DNA of 64,000 nucleotides from Oligoflexia bacterium. GTDB lineage: Bacteria; Bdellovibrionota; Bacteriovoracia; Bacteriovoracales; Bacteriovoracaceae. This document shows, piece after piece, positions 9,092 to 18,579 of this stretch. The notes below the pieces were generated by a model, which had not been told where the DNA came from, searched no databases, and saw only the letters and a program-made list of their open reading frames with translations. The stretch's first letter is position 1. The number at the start of each line of letters is the position of its first letter. The stretch is from assembly GCA_015232355.1 (NCBI GenBank), contig JADFZW010000016.1, positions 33,419 to 97,418 of the forward strand, read 5' to 3'. The translations under genes were made by a program, and so were the position numbers.

Positions 9092-12000
9092 ATGTCTGAG
9101 CAGAAAAGTAAGCTACTTTCAAATAGCGATAGAATGTATCCGCTAGATATTGTCACATTATTACAGATGACTTTATCGGAATATGAAAAGAAAAAAAGTA
9201 TTTTTGGGATACCTGCAAGTGCATTTTTCTCTCCTAAAAAATATCCTCAAATAAAATTAAATCGATTTAATCAAACCTTAGATTCTCCTCTGGGAGTGGC
9301 CGCCGGCCCACAAACTCAACTCTCTCAAAATATCATTTGCTCTTGGTTGGTGGGGTGTCGTTTTATCGAATTAAAAACCATTCAAACATTAGATGAGTTA
9401 GAAGTAAGCAAACCTTGTATTGATATGGAAGATGAGGGATTTAATTGTGAATGGTCACAAGAATTAAAACTTCATCAATCATATAATGAATATCTTAATG
9501 CTTGGATTATGATTCATATTCTTAAAGATAAATTTAAATTTGCAAACATTGGTACCATCTTCAATATGAGTGTTGGTTACAATTTAGAAGGAATCATGAA
9601 TGAAAATGTACAAACATTTTTAAAGAAGATGAGAAATGCTGGTCCTGATATCATTGAAGCGAAACTAAAACTAAAACCCTTTTATCCGAGAGTGATGGAT
9701 CTGGATATTCCTTCGGTTATCTCTGATAATATTACCCTTTCAACAATGCATGGATGTCCTCCTGATGAGATTGAAAAGATCGGACTCTATCTCATCGGAA
9801 AAGAGCGCTTTCATACTACGATAAAATTAAATCCAACTCTAAATGGCGCTAAAGAGTTGCGAGACATTTTAAATAATAAATTAGGATACATCAACATCAA
9901 CGTTCCTGATATTGCCTTTGAGCACGACTTGAAATATAAAGATGCTTTGGCAATTATTAAAAATCTAAAAAAAGAATCCGACAAATACAAACTGCATTTT
10001 AGTATAAAATTCACCAACACCTTAGAGGTGGTGAATAATAAATATATTTTTGATAAGAGTAATCAGATGATGTACATGTCCGGTCGAGGACTGCACGCTC
10101 TCTCCATCAACATCGCCAACAAAATTCAAAAACAATTTGCCGGCAAATTAGATATTACTCTCTCTGGTGGTATTGATGCTTTCAATGTGGGAAGTGTTTT
10201 GGCCACAAATATTAAGCCACTTACGGTTTGCTCTGATTTATTAAAACCTGGTGGTTACTCTCGTCTGGCCCAATACCTTGAAACTATCAAAAAAAGTATG
10301 GATAAGTGTAATGCCACAAATTTAGATGAATTGGTTTTGAAAACTGCAAAGCTCAAAGGCAAAAATATTCCGGCCGCTACACTTAAAAATTTAAAAAATT
10401 ACAGTGAAGGATTATTTAATACTAAGATCATCAAGCAACCAGAACAACCATCCAGATATCACAAGGAAGCTTTCCCTTGGAAAAATATAAAAACCAGTCG
10501 TACCTTAACGGCCTTTGATTGTATTAAAGCTCCTTGCCAAGAGACTTGTCCCGCTCATCAGATGGTTCCTCTCTATATGTATTTAACATCTAAAGGTGAA
10601 TGGCAAAAAGCACTTGAAGTAATTCGTTTATCGAATCCATTTGCAAATTCCACTGGAATGGCCTGTGATCACACTTGTGAAACTAAGTGTACTCGAATTA
10701 ATTATGATTCTCCTCTGAAAATTAGAGAGATCAAACGCTATCTGGCGATGAAAGAAAAAACTATTGAACTGAAAATTAAACCGAAAAAAACAAAAGAGAG
10801 CGACAAGAGCGTGGCCATAATTGGTGGTGGCCCAAGCGGACTCAGTGCTGCTTACTACTTAAGATTAGCTGGTCTTCAAGTTCAAATCTTTGAGAAAAAA
10901 GAAAATTTAGGAGGAATGATCACCAACATTTTACCAAATTTCAGAACCATCGCGAAGAGAGTTCAGCACGACATCGATCGTATAAAATCTTTAGGTGTTG
11001 TTATAAATGAAAATAGCGAAGTAAAAACTGTTGATGAGTTTGAAGCAATTCAAAAGAAATTTGATTATACTTACGTGGCAGTTGGCGCCAGTCGGTCAAA
11101 AAAATTAAATTTAGAGGGAGAAAATGAGTGTTTAGAGCACCCTCATGAGAGTGGTCTTATTGATTTCTTAAGTTTCTTAGAACTTGTAAAAACAAATCAA
11201 ATAAAAAAATTACCTCCAAAGGTTGTGGTAATCGGTGGAGGAAATTCTGCTATCGATGCCGCTCGCAGTGCCAAGCGATTGGTAGGTACAAAAGGAAGTG
11301 TTACTTTAGTTTATAGAAGAACAGTAAGAGAGATGCCCGCAGATAAAGATGAAATTCACGAGTTAAAAGAGGAAAAAATAAATATTATCGAACTTACTCT
11401 TCCTCATAAAATAATCTCGAACAGCAGTGGTCGTACAAAGAAAAAAGTTATCGCTCTAGAATGCGTGAAGATGGCACTCTCTGATGAAAAGGATAAATCT
11501 GGTAGACCAATTCCTAAACCATTGGCCAATTCAAACTTTAAAATTAAATGTGACTATATCATAAATGCTATTGGACAGGAGGTCTCTCTCGGATTTTTAC
11601 CATCCAATGTGAATATTGAAAAAGTTTTAATGGGAGGAGACGCCGCTCGTGGACCATCATCAATTATCAAAGGTGTGGCCGATGGATTAAATGCCGCTCT
11701 AACTATAGCTTCGAAAGAGGGACGAGGAGGATTTTATCAAAATCTTCAGGAGCTAGTAAATTTTTACTCTAATGTTGAAGAAAAAATTGATTTTGATAAA
11801 TTAAGAATAAAAAAAGCAAACCGTCACTATGGAATTCCTCTACCAAAAATTGCAACAAACAAACGCAAAGGTTTTGATGTAGTAATTAAAACACTAACTG
11901 ACAAAGAAGCAAAAATTGAATCTGCTCGCTGTCTTCATTGTGATAAACTCTGTGATGTTTGTGTAAGTGTATGTCCTAATCGTGCAAACATAAGTTATGA

Positions 12001-12526
12001 AGTTAAAAATTCACCTCGTAAATTTTTACTTAAAGATATTAGATTACAAAATGGTGAAATTACCTATGGTGAATCTTTTGTCTGGTCAATAGAACAAAGA
12101 TTTCAAACTGCTAACATCTCCAATTTTTGTAATGAGTGTGGTAACTGCGCTACCTTCTGTCCTACCTCGGGAAAACCATACATGGATAAACCCAAAATTT
12201 GCTTAACTGGAGAAGCTTACGATCAACTCCATGATAATGCTTTTTATTTTACGAACGAAAACGATGTTGTTACCTTAAAAGCAAAGTTTAAAAATGTTGA
12301 ATATGGATTAATAGACAATCCTCAAAGTAAAACTTTAAATATTATCGTCTGTAATAACTACAATAATTCTGGAGCAAAAATAGAAATCAATATTGATCGT
12401 AAAGATTTAACAATTCAAAATGTTTCACTATTAGATGGAGACAAGACTGCAAACCTCGCTATCTCCGCGAAAGATTTATACAAGATGATTATATTATTTG
12501 AATCATTAAAGGATACGCTTTACTAA
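9092..12526 (+). CDS. YgfK-like multidomain Fe-S flavoprotein oxidoreductase (DPD/DHOD-like barrel + GltD-like FAD/NADPH domain + 2x[4Fe-4S])
   Basis: 1144 aa. Contains IIGGGPSGLSAAYYL and VIGGGNSAIDAAR dinucleotide folds, the Cys cluster CQETCPAHQ...CDHTCETKC, and C-terminal ferredoxin motifs CLHCDKLCDVCVSVCP and CNECGNCATFCP. Confidence 0.8.
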   Translation: MSEQKSKLLSNSDRMYPLDIVTLLQMTLSEYEKKKSIFGIPASAFFSPKKYPQIKLNRFNQTLDSPLGVAAGPQTQLSQNIICSWLVGCRFIELKTIQTLDELEVSKPCIDMEDEGFNCEWSQELKLHQSYNEYLNAWIMIHILKDKFKFANIGTIFNMSVGYNLEGIMNENVQTFLKKMRNAGPDIIEAKLKLKPFYPRVMDLDIPSVISDNITLSTMHGCPPDEIEKIGLYLIGKERFHTTIKLNPTLNGAKELRDILNNKLGYININVPDIAFEHDLKYKDALAIIKNLKKESDKYKLHFSIKFTNTLEVVNNKYIFDKSNQMMYMSGRGLHALSINIANKIQKQFAGKLDITLSGGIDAFNVGSVLATNIKPLTVCSDLLKPGGYSRLAQYLETIKKSMDKCNATNLDELVLKTAKLKGKNIPAATLKNLKNYSEGLFNTKIIKQPEQPSRYHKEAFPWKNIKTSRTLTAFDCIKAPCQETCPAHQMVPLYMYLTSKGEWQKALEVIRLSNPFANSTGMACDHTCETKCTRINYDSPLKIREIKRYLAMKEKTIELKIKPKKTKESDKSVAIIGGGPSGLSAAYYLRLAGLQVQIFEKKENLGGMITNILPNFRTIAKRVQHDIDRIKSLGVVINENSEVKTVDEFEAIQKKFDYTYVAVGASRSKKLNLEGENECLEHPHESGLIDFLSFLELVKTNQIKKLPPKVVVIGGGNSAIDAARSAKRLVGTKGSVTLVYRRTVREMPADKDEIHELKEEKINIIELTLPHKIISNSSGRTKKKVIALECVKMALSDEKDKSGRPIPKPLANSNFKIKCDYIINAIGQEVSLGFLPSNVNIEKVLMGGDAARGPSSIIKGVADGLNAALTIASKEGRGGFYQNLQELVNFYSNVEEKIDFDKLRIKKANRHYGIPLPKIATNKRKGFDVVIKTLTDKEAKIESARCLHCDKLCDVCVSVCPNRANISYEVKNSPRKFLLKDIRLQNGEITYGESFVWSIEQRFQTANISNFCNECGNCATFCPTSGKPYMDKPKICLTGEAYDQLHDNAFYFTNENDVVTLKAKFKNVEYGLIDNPQSKTLNIIVCNNYNNSGAKIEINIDRKDLTIQNVSLLDGDKTANLAISAKDLYKMIILFESLKDTLY

Positions 12527-12529
12527 ATA

Positions 12530-14029
12530 TTACTGCCTATTACTCTCTCTATCCCTATGAAATGCAAACAAATCAGTATAAGGATATTTAGCTTTAAATC
12601 CTAATTTCAAAAATTCATTATATAATTCTCTCTGATCTGAGATGAAATAAAAACTTCCCATCTCTAAATCTTCTAAACTCTTATTGCCTTTCAATGCTTC
12701 GATAATACCAACAAGTCCATTCCTTCCAATTCGATTACTTTCAGTCAAAGTCAATTTGCGCAAACTCTTATTATCTTTTAATGCTTTAAAAATATTAATT
12801 GCATCGTTATCCCCAATTCCATTACCCGATAGATCTAAACTTTGCAAGCTAGTATTGTTTTTAAGTTTTTTGAATGCTTGAAATAAAAGAGTTTCATCTT
12901 CGTCCTCTCTAAGGGCCCCAATAGAATTATATGCTAGACTTAAATTTTTTAAACTTTTATTGTCTTCAAGTGCTTCAACAATTGTAACGATAGCACTTCT
13001 ACCAAGTCCATTTTGTGATAGATCCACATCTTGCAATTTTTTATTACTTCTAAATGTTTTCGCTATCTCTGTTACATCTAAGACACTCTTATTATCGTTA
13101 TATATACATGATATATTTAATTCTTTTAAACCACTATTCCCATTAACTCTAAGTGCTTGAAAAATTCTCATCATTCCATTATTCCCAATTACACTTCGAT
13201 GTAGATTAAAACTTTCTAAACTATTATTTACTTCCAATGCTTGGGCCATTTTTTCTAAACCTACATCAGTAATATCACCCTTCCCACCGACAGATAGATC
13301 CAACTTTTTTAAGGTTTTATTAACTATAATTGTATTTGCCAATTTACTTGCACATTTATCTCCATAGTTTCCATAAGACGATAGTTTTAATTCTTGCAGA
13401 TGAGGAAACATTCTTAAATTATTTAAAATAAGCATTCCAGTTTCATTAGCAGGTAATTTTAGTTTGTATACTTTTAATCCCTCATTTTCGATAAGCATTA
13501 AAAAATTTTGAATCTTTTTCTCTTTTAATTCTTCTTTTTTGTCAACGTCTGCTATTTTTTTTATCTGATTCCACATTGATTGCAAAAAATTAATTATAGG
13601 ATTTTGATTACATGGAGTATCCTCTGGATCCACTACTGTTCGCTTAAGTTCAAATTTAATATCCTTAAAAAAATCATTTCCTTGCGATTCACTCCCATAT
13701 TTAACAAACTCATCCCAATCTTTAGATACAAGTTGAGTGCTCGCAAGATCTTCTTTTGTTCCTAAAAATTCAAAAATAAGTTTCATCATATCTGCAGGCA
13801 AATGCGGATGTGCTTTGCCAATATCTACAGCATTTCGTACATTTCTACTTTCATATTTATTTTTATTGTGCTCATTGTTTTCATTGTTTTCATCGATATT
13901 ATCCGGATTATCCAGCATATTTTCCTTTCTCTCTTCTGTGGCCAATACTTCAGATACCTTTACAACATTCAAAGTAAATTGCATTGTTGTTAATAGTAAT
14001 AAATAAATTATTATAAATGAAACCCTCAT
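12530..14029 (-). CDS. secreted F-box-like / RNI-type leucine-rich-repeat protein (eukaryote-like)
   Basis: Has an N-terminal signal peptide. LPADMMKLIFEFLGTKEDLASTQLVSKDWDEFV fits the F-box consensus. About 9 repeats of ~28 aa of ribonuclease-inhibitor type follow (L-x-x-L-x-L-S-x-N-x-I-G...). Confidence 0.8.
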   Translation of the reverse strand: MRVSFIIIYLLLLTTMQFTLNVVKVSEVLATEERKENMLDNPDNIDENNENNEHNKNKYESRNVRNAVDIGKAHPHLPADMMKLIFEFLGTKEDLASTQLVSKDWDEFVKYGSESQGNDFFKDIKFELKRTVVDPEDTPCNQNPIINFLQSMWNQIKKIADVDKKEELKEKKIQNFLMLIENEGLKVYKLKLPANETGMLILNNLRMFPHLQELKLSSYGNYGDKCASKLANTIIVNKTLKKLDLSVGGKGDITDVGLEKMAQALEVNNSLESFNLHRSVIGNNGMMRIFQALRVNGNSGLKELNISCIYNDNKSVLDVTEIAKTFRSNKKLQDVDLSQNGLGRSAIVTIVEALEDNKSLKNLSLAYNSIGALREDEDETLLFQAFKKLKNNTSLQSLDLSGNGIGDNDAINIFKALKDNKSLRKLTLTESNRIGRNGLVGIIEALKGNKSLEDLEMGSFYFISDQRELYNEFLKLGFKAKYPYTDLFAFHRDRESNRQ

Positions 14030-14309
14030 CGATATACTCCTTGAGTAATTTCTATACTCTTAAAAGATTCTGGATTCATAAAAAATTAAATTTAAGAACC
14101 CAAACAACAACTATTTAGTTATTGTTTAGTACAATTTAGTCTATTTGATTATCATCTGATTTTTTTTACACAGGCATAAAACAAAAATATTTTTTGGCGA
14201 CGTTGTTATTATAATTATTTACTTGGATATAAATTTTTTTTATTTTAACTTTGCATGTCCATTTTTGTTGTCACTGTTCACACACTTAATCACACAATTA
14301 CTCACACAA

Positions 14310-14325
14310 CAGCTACTCCCGCCCA
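14310..14325. repeat. left copy of a 16-bp imperfect inverted repeat (CAGCTACTCCCGCCCA)
   Basis: 13/16 match to the reverse complement of 16225-16240. The pair brackets the transposase remnant and the HNH gene. Confidence 0.45.
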
Positions 14326-14348
14326 TTTTATGTAAAACAACGTAAAAT

Positions 14349-14366
14349 CACTCGTCCGGACGAGTG
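14349..14366. repeat. perfect 18-bp GC-rich palindrome CACTCGTCCGGACGAGTG
   Basis: Read directly from the sequence. It is flanked by AAAACAAC on both sides and lies inside the IS-like remnant. Confidence 0.6.
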
Positions 14367-14509
14367 AAAACAACTTTCCATTCATCAATATAATTTAATG
14401 ATATTTTGAGGTGCTTATATTTTGCTTACTTACACTAACATCAGAGACACTATTTTTAGACAGTAGATGTCTATTGTTTATATTACCGATTTAAAATGTA
14501 TCCTTAATT

Positions 14510-14997
14510 TTAAGTTGTATTTTCTACCATGGATTTATTAAGGACATTTCCAAATAATCTCTTCGCAGTTTTAATTAACTTTCCTGGTTTAGCATTGAGA
14601 ACATAAGATAATTGAGAGCGTTTTAATAAAGCAATAAATACAGTATCTGAATAGAGGGAATCGGCCACAACAATTAGATTTAATTTAGGGTGATCTTCTT
14701 TTAAGTTAACAATGAATCTTTTAGCAGCATTTTTTTCACAGTCATTTTTCGTATCACCATCACTATTAATTATCGCTTCAGGATAGAATGGAATTACTGT
14801 TTTCAAATCCGGATGTACAGAGCACCACCTATGATTTGATGATAATATTCTATGCTCGTCTCTTCTGAATCTGCACACTGGTCAGCAGATGACTCCTTGT
14901 GGGAAATTTTAGTTAAACATTTATTACAACAAATCTTTTTAGAGCGAAAAATTTCAGTTCCATCTAATGCTAAAATATATGTACTCGGATTTATCAT
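14510..14997 (-). pseudogene. DDE transposase remnant (frameshifted and truncated)
   Basis: Two overlapping ORFs lie in different frames. ...CCNKCL...YYHQIIGGAL continues as ...DGDTKNDCEKNAAKRFIVNLKEDHPKLNLIVVADSLYSD, which resembles one family of DDE transposases. Only ~160 of the expected >350 aa are present. Confidence 0.6.
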
Positions 14998-15196
14998 TAC
15001 TTCATATTCTTTTAAACCTTTATTGCTTTTACTTCATCAATATTAAATTTTGGTATAATGTTTTTTTGTACAGATTTTTTCATTTTTTTCAGAATTAGAA
15101 ATTAATAAATTACAGACTATTTAAGTATGAAATACACTCTAAATATGTTATATTTTTCTTTGTAAAAAATCAATTTTTCATAGGGAAAAAACTAAA

Positions 15197-16198
15197 ATGA
15201 ATACAAATTCATCTAACGAAAATTTAAAACGTATAAAGAACAAAGAATTATTAAATAGAACACTAGAATTACGAATGAATGAGAAAAAATTTACTCTCAT
15301 GTTGTTAAATCATTTAGCGGAAATTGAACATCGTAGGTTGTATGCCGAACTTGGATTTTCATCTTTATATGAATATTGTTTAAATACTCTTTCCTACTCA
15401 GAATCAGAAGCAGCACTTCGCGTGCAAGCATCAAGGTTGCTTAATGAAAATCGTAATGTCGTGGAGGAAAAAATTAGCAATGGAGATTTGAGTTTAAGTC
15501 AGGCATCAGCTTTACAAACTTTTTTTAGCATGGAAGAAAAGGAACATGATAGGAAATTTAATTTTACGGAGAAAGAAAAATTAGTCGAGCAAATTAGTAG
15601 AAAAAACATAAGAGATACTAGAGAACAATTAAATCAAATGCGGACTGAACCAAAGAAAAATGCAACAATTAATATAAAAATTGATGCTGAAACAATGAAA
15701 AAATTAAATGAATTAAGAGGGAAATTGGGTAGTAGAAAAGATGATCTTGAATTAATTGCATGGTTGATTAGCGATAAATTAAAAAAGTTAGAACAGGATG
15801 TGCAAAAAACCATAGCAAAAGAAGAAGAAAAAAATAAACTCACACAAAATTGTAATTATCTCAATAACCATGAAGACAAAATAAAATCACATTCAAGATA
15901 TATAAATCCTAAACTTCGCAAGCTTCTACTTTTCCGGGCGAGTGGAAGGTGTGAGTTTATATCAAAAATCACTGGTAGACGTTGTGAAGAAACTAGAAAT
16001 TTGCACATTGATCATGTGAATCCCTATGCTCTCTCTCAAGATAATTCTATAGAAAATTTACGAGTCTATTGCTCTTCTCATAATGCTTTTTCAGCATTAC
16101 GAACATATGGACATCATGTGATGGATAAATATATCAATTCAAAAATTGCAATAAATAATCAGTACACACGCATAACTTCAAGACGAATGAGATTCTAG
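15197..16198 (+). CDS. HNH endonuclease domain protein (DUF222-like N-terminal region)
   Basis: The C-terminal HIDHVNPYALSQDNSIENLRVYCSSHN is an HNH motif. CEF...C precedes it. Confidence 0.8.
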   Translation: MNTNSSNENLKRIKNKELLNRTLELRMNEKKFTLMLLNHLAEIEHRRLYAELGFSSLYEYCLNTLSYSESEAALRVQASRLLNENRNVVEEKISNGDLSLSQASALQTFFSMEEKEHDRKFNFTEKEKLVEQISRKNIRDTREQLNQMRTEPKKNATINIKIDAETMKKLNELRGKLGSRKDDLELIAWLISDKLKKLEQDVQKTIAKEEEKNKLTQNCNYLNNHEDKIKSHSRYINPKLRKLLLFRASGRCEFISKITGRRCEETRNLHIDHVNPYALSQDNSIENLRVYCSSHNAFSALRTYGHHVMDKYINSKIAINNQYTRITSRRMRF

Positions 16199-16224
16199 AT
16201 GAATTTTTCTAGAGGTATTTTATT

Positions 16225-16240
16225 TGGGCGGGAACCGCTG
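16225..16240. repeat. right copy of the 16-bp imperfect inverted repeat (reverse complement CAGCGGTTCCCGCCCA)
   Basis: Pairs with 14310-14325. Confidence 0.45.
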
Positions 16241-16251
16241 CATTCCAAAAG

Positions 16252-16565
16252 CTATTCCAGAAGTTTTTGCGCCGGAATGATTTTATAAAAATAATTTTTA
16301 ATTTCCTTAGAATATTTAATATCGCCATCATATATTAAAACAGTTCTAATTGAAAATCGTCGTGGGTGTTGTAAGACTTCAATTTTTTTCTCCATCTCTC
16401 GACAAATATCACTTAAGATAATTTTTCTGAACTTAAATTCACATACATAGAGGACTTGCGAATTTGTCTGAATTAGTAAATCAATTTGACAACCACCTTT
16501 GTTTTTAGTGGTCTTACTCTGAAAATAAGGACCGGCAGAAACTATGTTTTCTAAATCTAACAGGA
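16252..16565 (-). pseudogene. C-terminal fragment of an AAA-ATPase-associated PD-(D/E)xK-like domain protein (5' part missing)
   Basis: GCQIDLLIQTNSQVLYVCEFKFRK...VLIYDG resembles the C-terminal nuclease-like domain of ~400-aa predicted ATPases. No N-terminal ATPase part is present, and the reading frame runs into the 22-bp repeat. Confidence 0.45.
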
Positions 16566-16587
16566 AAGAAAGTGCCGCCCGACTTTT
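16566..16587. repeat. 22-bp direct repeat AAGAAAGTGCCGCCCGACTTTT (copy 1)
   Basis: Identical to 17415-17436. Together they bracket the HEPN/MNT pair exactly. Confidence 0.85.
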
Positions 16588-16592
16588 CCGAC

Positions 16593-16928
16593 TTACCAAC
16601 TCTTTAATAAAATAGCATTTTTTAAAATAGTACTTACAAATGGATCAGTTGTTGAATTATCATGGGTACTGAAAACAAGATCTACTTTTCTTTCTCCTAT
16701 TTTCTTTTTAATTAACATTAATATTTTAAATTTATTTTGAATGTGCTGGTTGATGATTGTTTCATCACCAACAATTAGTAAATCAATATCTCCACCTTTT
16801 TTATTATCATCCACTCTACTTCCAAACAAATAAATTTTAGTTCCAGATGATGCTTTTGAACTAACATCGAGGAAAAAAGAGTCCAGAACTGATATTATTG
16901 ATTGGCCTTCTAGAGATGTAATCCTCAT
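16593..16928 (-). CDS. MNT-type nucleotidyltransferase (antitoxin-like)
   Basis: YLFGSRVDDNKKGGDIDLLIV is the GS...DxD motif. It lies downstream of the HEPN gene. Confidence 0.85.
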   Translation of the reverse strand: MRITSLEGQSIISVLDSFFLDVSSKASSGTKIYLFGSRVDDNKKGGDIDLLIVGDETIINQHIQNKFKILMLIKKKIGERKVDLVFSTHDNSTTDPFVSTILKNAILLKSW

Positions 16929-16950
16929 AACTCTCTTTTTAATTTATACA

Positions 16951-17373
16951 TTAATAAATTATTTTTATATTTATTAGTTTAGGAGCATATTTTTTAATAT
17001 TAATAAAGAAAATTTCTAAATCGGATTCAGTGTAATCGTGTGCAGTTATATTTCGTAGAGAACGAATAATTAACCACTCATCAACATTTTCAATTAAGCT
17101 ATTCTTTTCTGCGAAGTCTAGTAAATCACGAAAACTACCCTCAAATCCGGGATCTTTTGAAATTATTATTGCTCGTAAATATTTTGTTAAGTATATTTCA
17201 GATGCTCTAGCAAATCGGGCAGAAAAACTTTCCCACATTTCCATTTGAAGATCATCTAATAGCTTTGGGTTTGTCGGAAGATTTATAATTCGATTAAAGC
17301 TAAAATTAAGATGTTTTATAGCTTTATCCAATTTATCTGCATATTTTTTTATAAGTTCTAAATTATTTACCAT
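16951..17373 (-). CDS. HEPN-domain protein (toxin-like)
   Basis: LRNITAHDY fits the R-x4-H-x-Y motif. It is paired with the MNT gene. Confidence 0.75.
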   Translation of the reverse strand: MVNNLELIKKYADKLDKAIKHLNFSFNRIINLPTNPKLLDDLQMEMWESFSARFARASEIYLTKYLRAIIISKDPGFEGSFRDLLDFAEKNSLIENVDEWLIIRSLRNITAHDYTESDLEIFFINIKKYAPKLINIKIIY

Positions 17374-17414
17374 GTTGTATTTACCATTAAGGTTATATTT
17401 ACCATTAAGAAAGT

Positions 17415-17436
17415 AAGAAAGTGCCGCCCGACTTTT
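17415..17436. repeat. 22-bp direct repeat AAGAAAGTGCCGCCCGACTTTT (copy 2)
   Basis: Identical to 16566-16587. Confidence 0.85.
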
Positions 17437-17442
17437 TAGTTT

Positions 17443-18444
17443 TTAAAATCTATAGGAGACAGAGAAAGCAATCTCTCTCATGTCTTTTGGTTTATTGATA
17501 GATGAAGAGTGCATTTCCTCGTCTGTATATTTAAATTCAGTATTTTTCATCGCTGCCTCTACCATCAATCGCGGTGACAGCCAACCAACTCCCACACCAT
17601 TTCCCTGCTCGCCTAAATTCTTATCACTAAAAAAACCAGCGCGCAGATATAGATCACTAAAAAAATTAACCTGAATCGCTCCACGATACATAAACTTATT
17701 TGAAAGATTTTGGTTATAATCAAATCCCATATCCGCAATCAATGTTAATACAGAGGTAATAATACATTGAGATCCGAGATATACTCGATTATCACCTTGC
17801 TTGCTCTTTAACGGATCAACTACCACCAATCCAAAAGTAAAATTTTCATTCAAAGCATACATGCTCCCAACAACCACTTGGTTATAAACATTTTCCGTAT
17901 AATTTTGTCCATCATTGCTGATTTTGTCAGTAGTTCTTCGATAAGCAAAACCAAGTGACGATGTCTTAGCAACATTTCCGGCCAGAGCAACTCCAAAACG
18001 TTTTCGTTGATCAAACCACTCATTTTGCTTCTGATAACTAATCGATCCCTTCATTCCTCCCTTTGCATCCGACACCATCACACCCCAAGAGCCAGAATCA
18101 TCTTTGGCAGAAGATGAAGCAATTGATGATGGACCACCTGCTTCCTCGCTATTACCACTACTCACAGTTGCATTACTTTCACCATACTTGATGTTAGCTT
18201 TTTGTACATAGAGAGAAGATACGTTAAAGAATGCAATAGGCGCGGGATTTAAAATTGTGGATTCATCCATTAATACAGAGGCAACGCCAGCTCCAGCAGT
18301 AGATTTTAATCTCGTGGTTTCATAGTCATGTATCTTTGCATATGCGCAGTTGCTGTTGCAAATATAGCAAGTATAGCAAAGACAGAGTAACGTCCAAATA
18401 GATACAAAGATTCTTGAAATTGATTTTAATATTAATTTACACAT
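17443..18444 (-). CDS. outer-membrane beta-barrel protein (family not assigned)
   Basis: Has a signal peptide, alternating hydrophobic beta-strand pattern, and a C-terminal ...SVSYRF with terminal Phe typical of OMPs. Confidence 0.6.
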   Translation of the reverse strand: MCKLILKSISRIFVSIWTLLCLCYTCYICNSNCAYAKIHDYETTRLKSTAGAGVASVLMDESTILNPAPIAFFNVSSLYVQKANIKYGESNATVSSGNSEEAGGPSSIASSSAKDDSGSWGVMVSDAKGGMKGSISYQKQNEWFDQRKRFGVALAGNVAKTSSLGFAYRRTTDKISNDGQNYTENVYNQVVVGSMYALNENFTFGLVVVDPLKSKQGDNRVYLGSQCIITSVLTLIADMGFDYNQNLSNKFMYRGAIQVNFFSDLYLRAGFFSDKNLGEQGNGVGVGWLSPRLMVEAAMKNTEFKYTDEEMHSSSINKPKDMREIAFSVSYRF

Positions 18445-18579
18445 ATTCTCTTTTCTAAAATAAAATAATAAGAATAAAAATAAAGTCTATGTTAAGAACA
18501 TAACAAAATTTAGCGTAACAAACAGTAAAAAAATTTACTAGTAAAAAAATTTTCAAGAAAGTTAAAAAGGGTATTTGTC

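Noticed and set aside
13580-14006. Plus-strand ORFs (12684-12881, 12960-13160, 13580-13765, 13737-14006, 13802-13993) opposite the F-box/LRR gene
   Set aside because: They are antisense to a well-supported repeat protein, with no RBS and no motifs.
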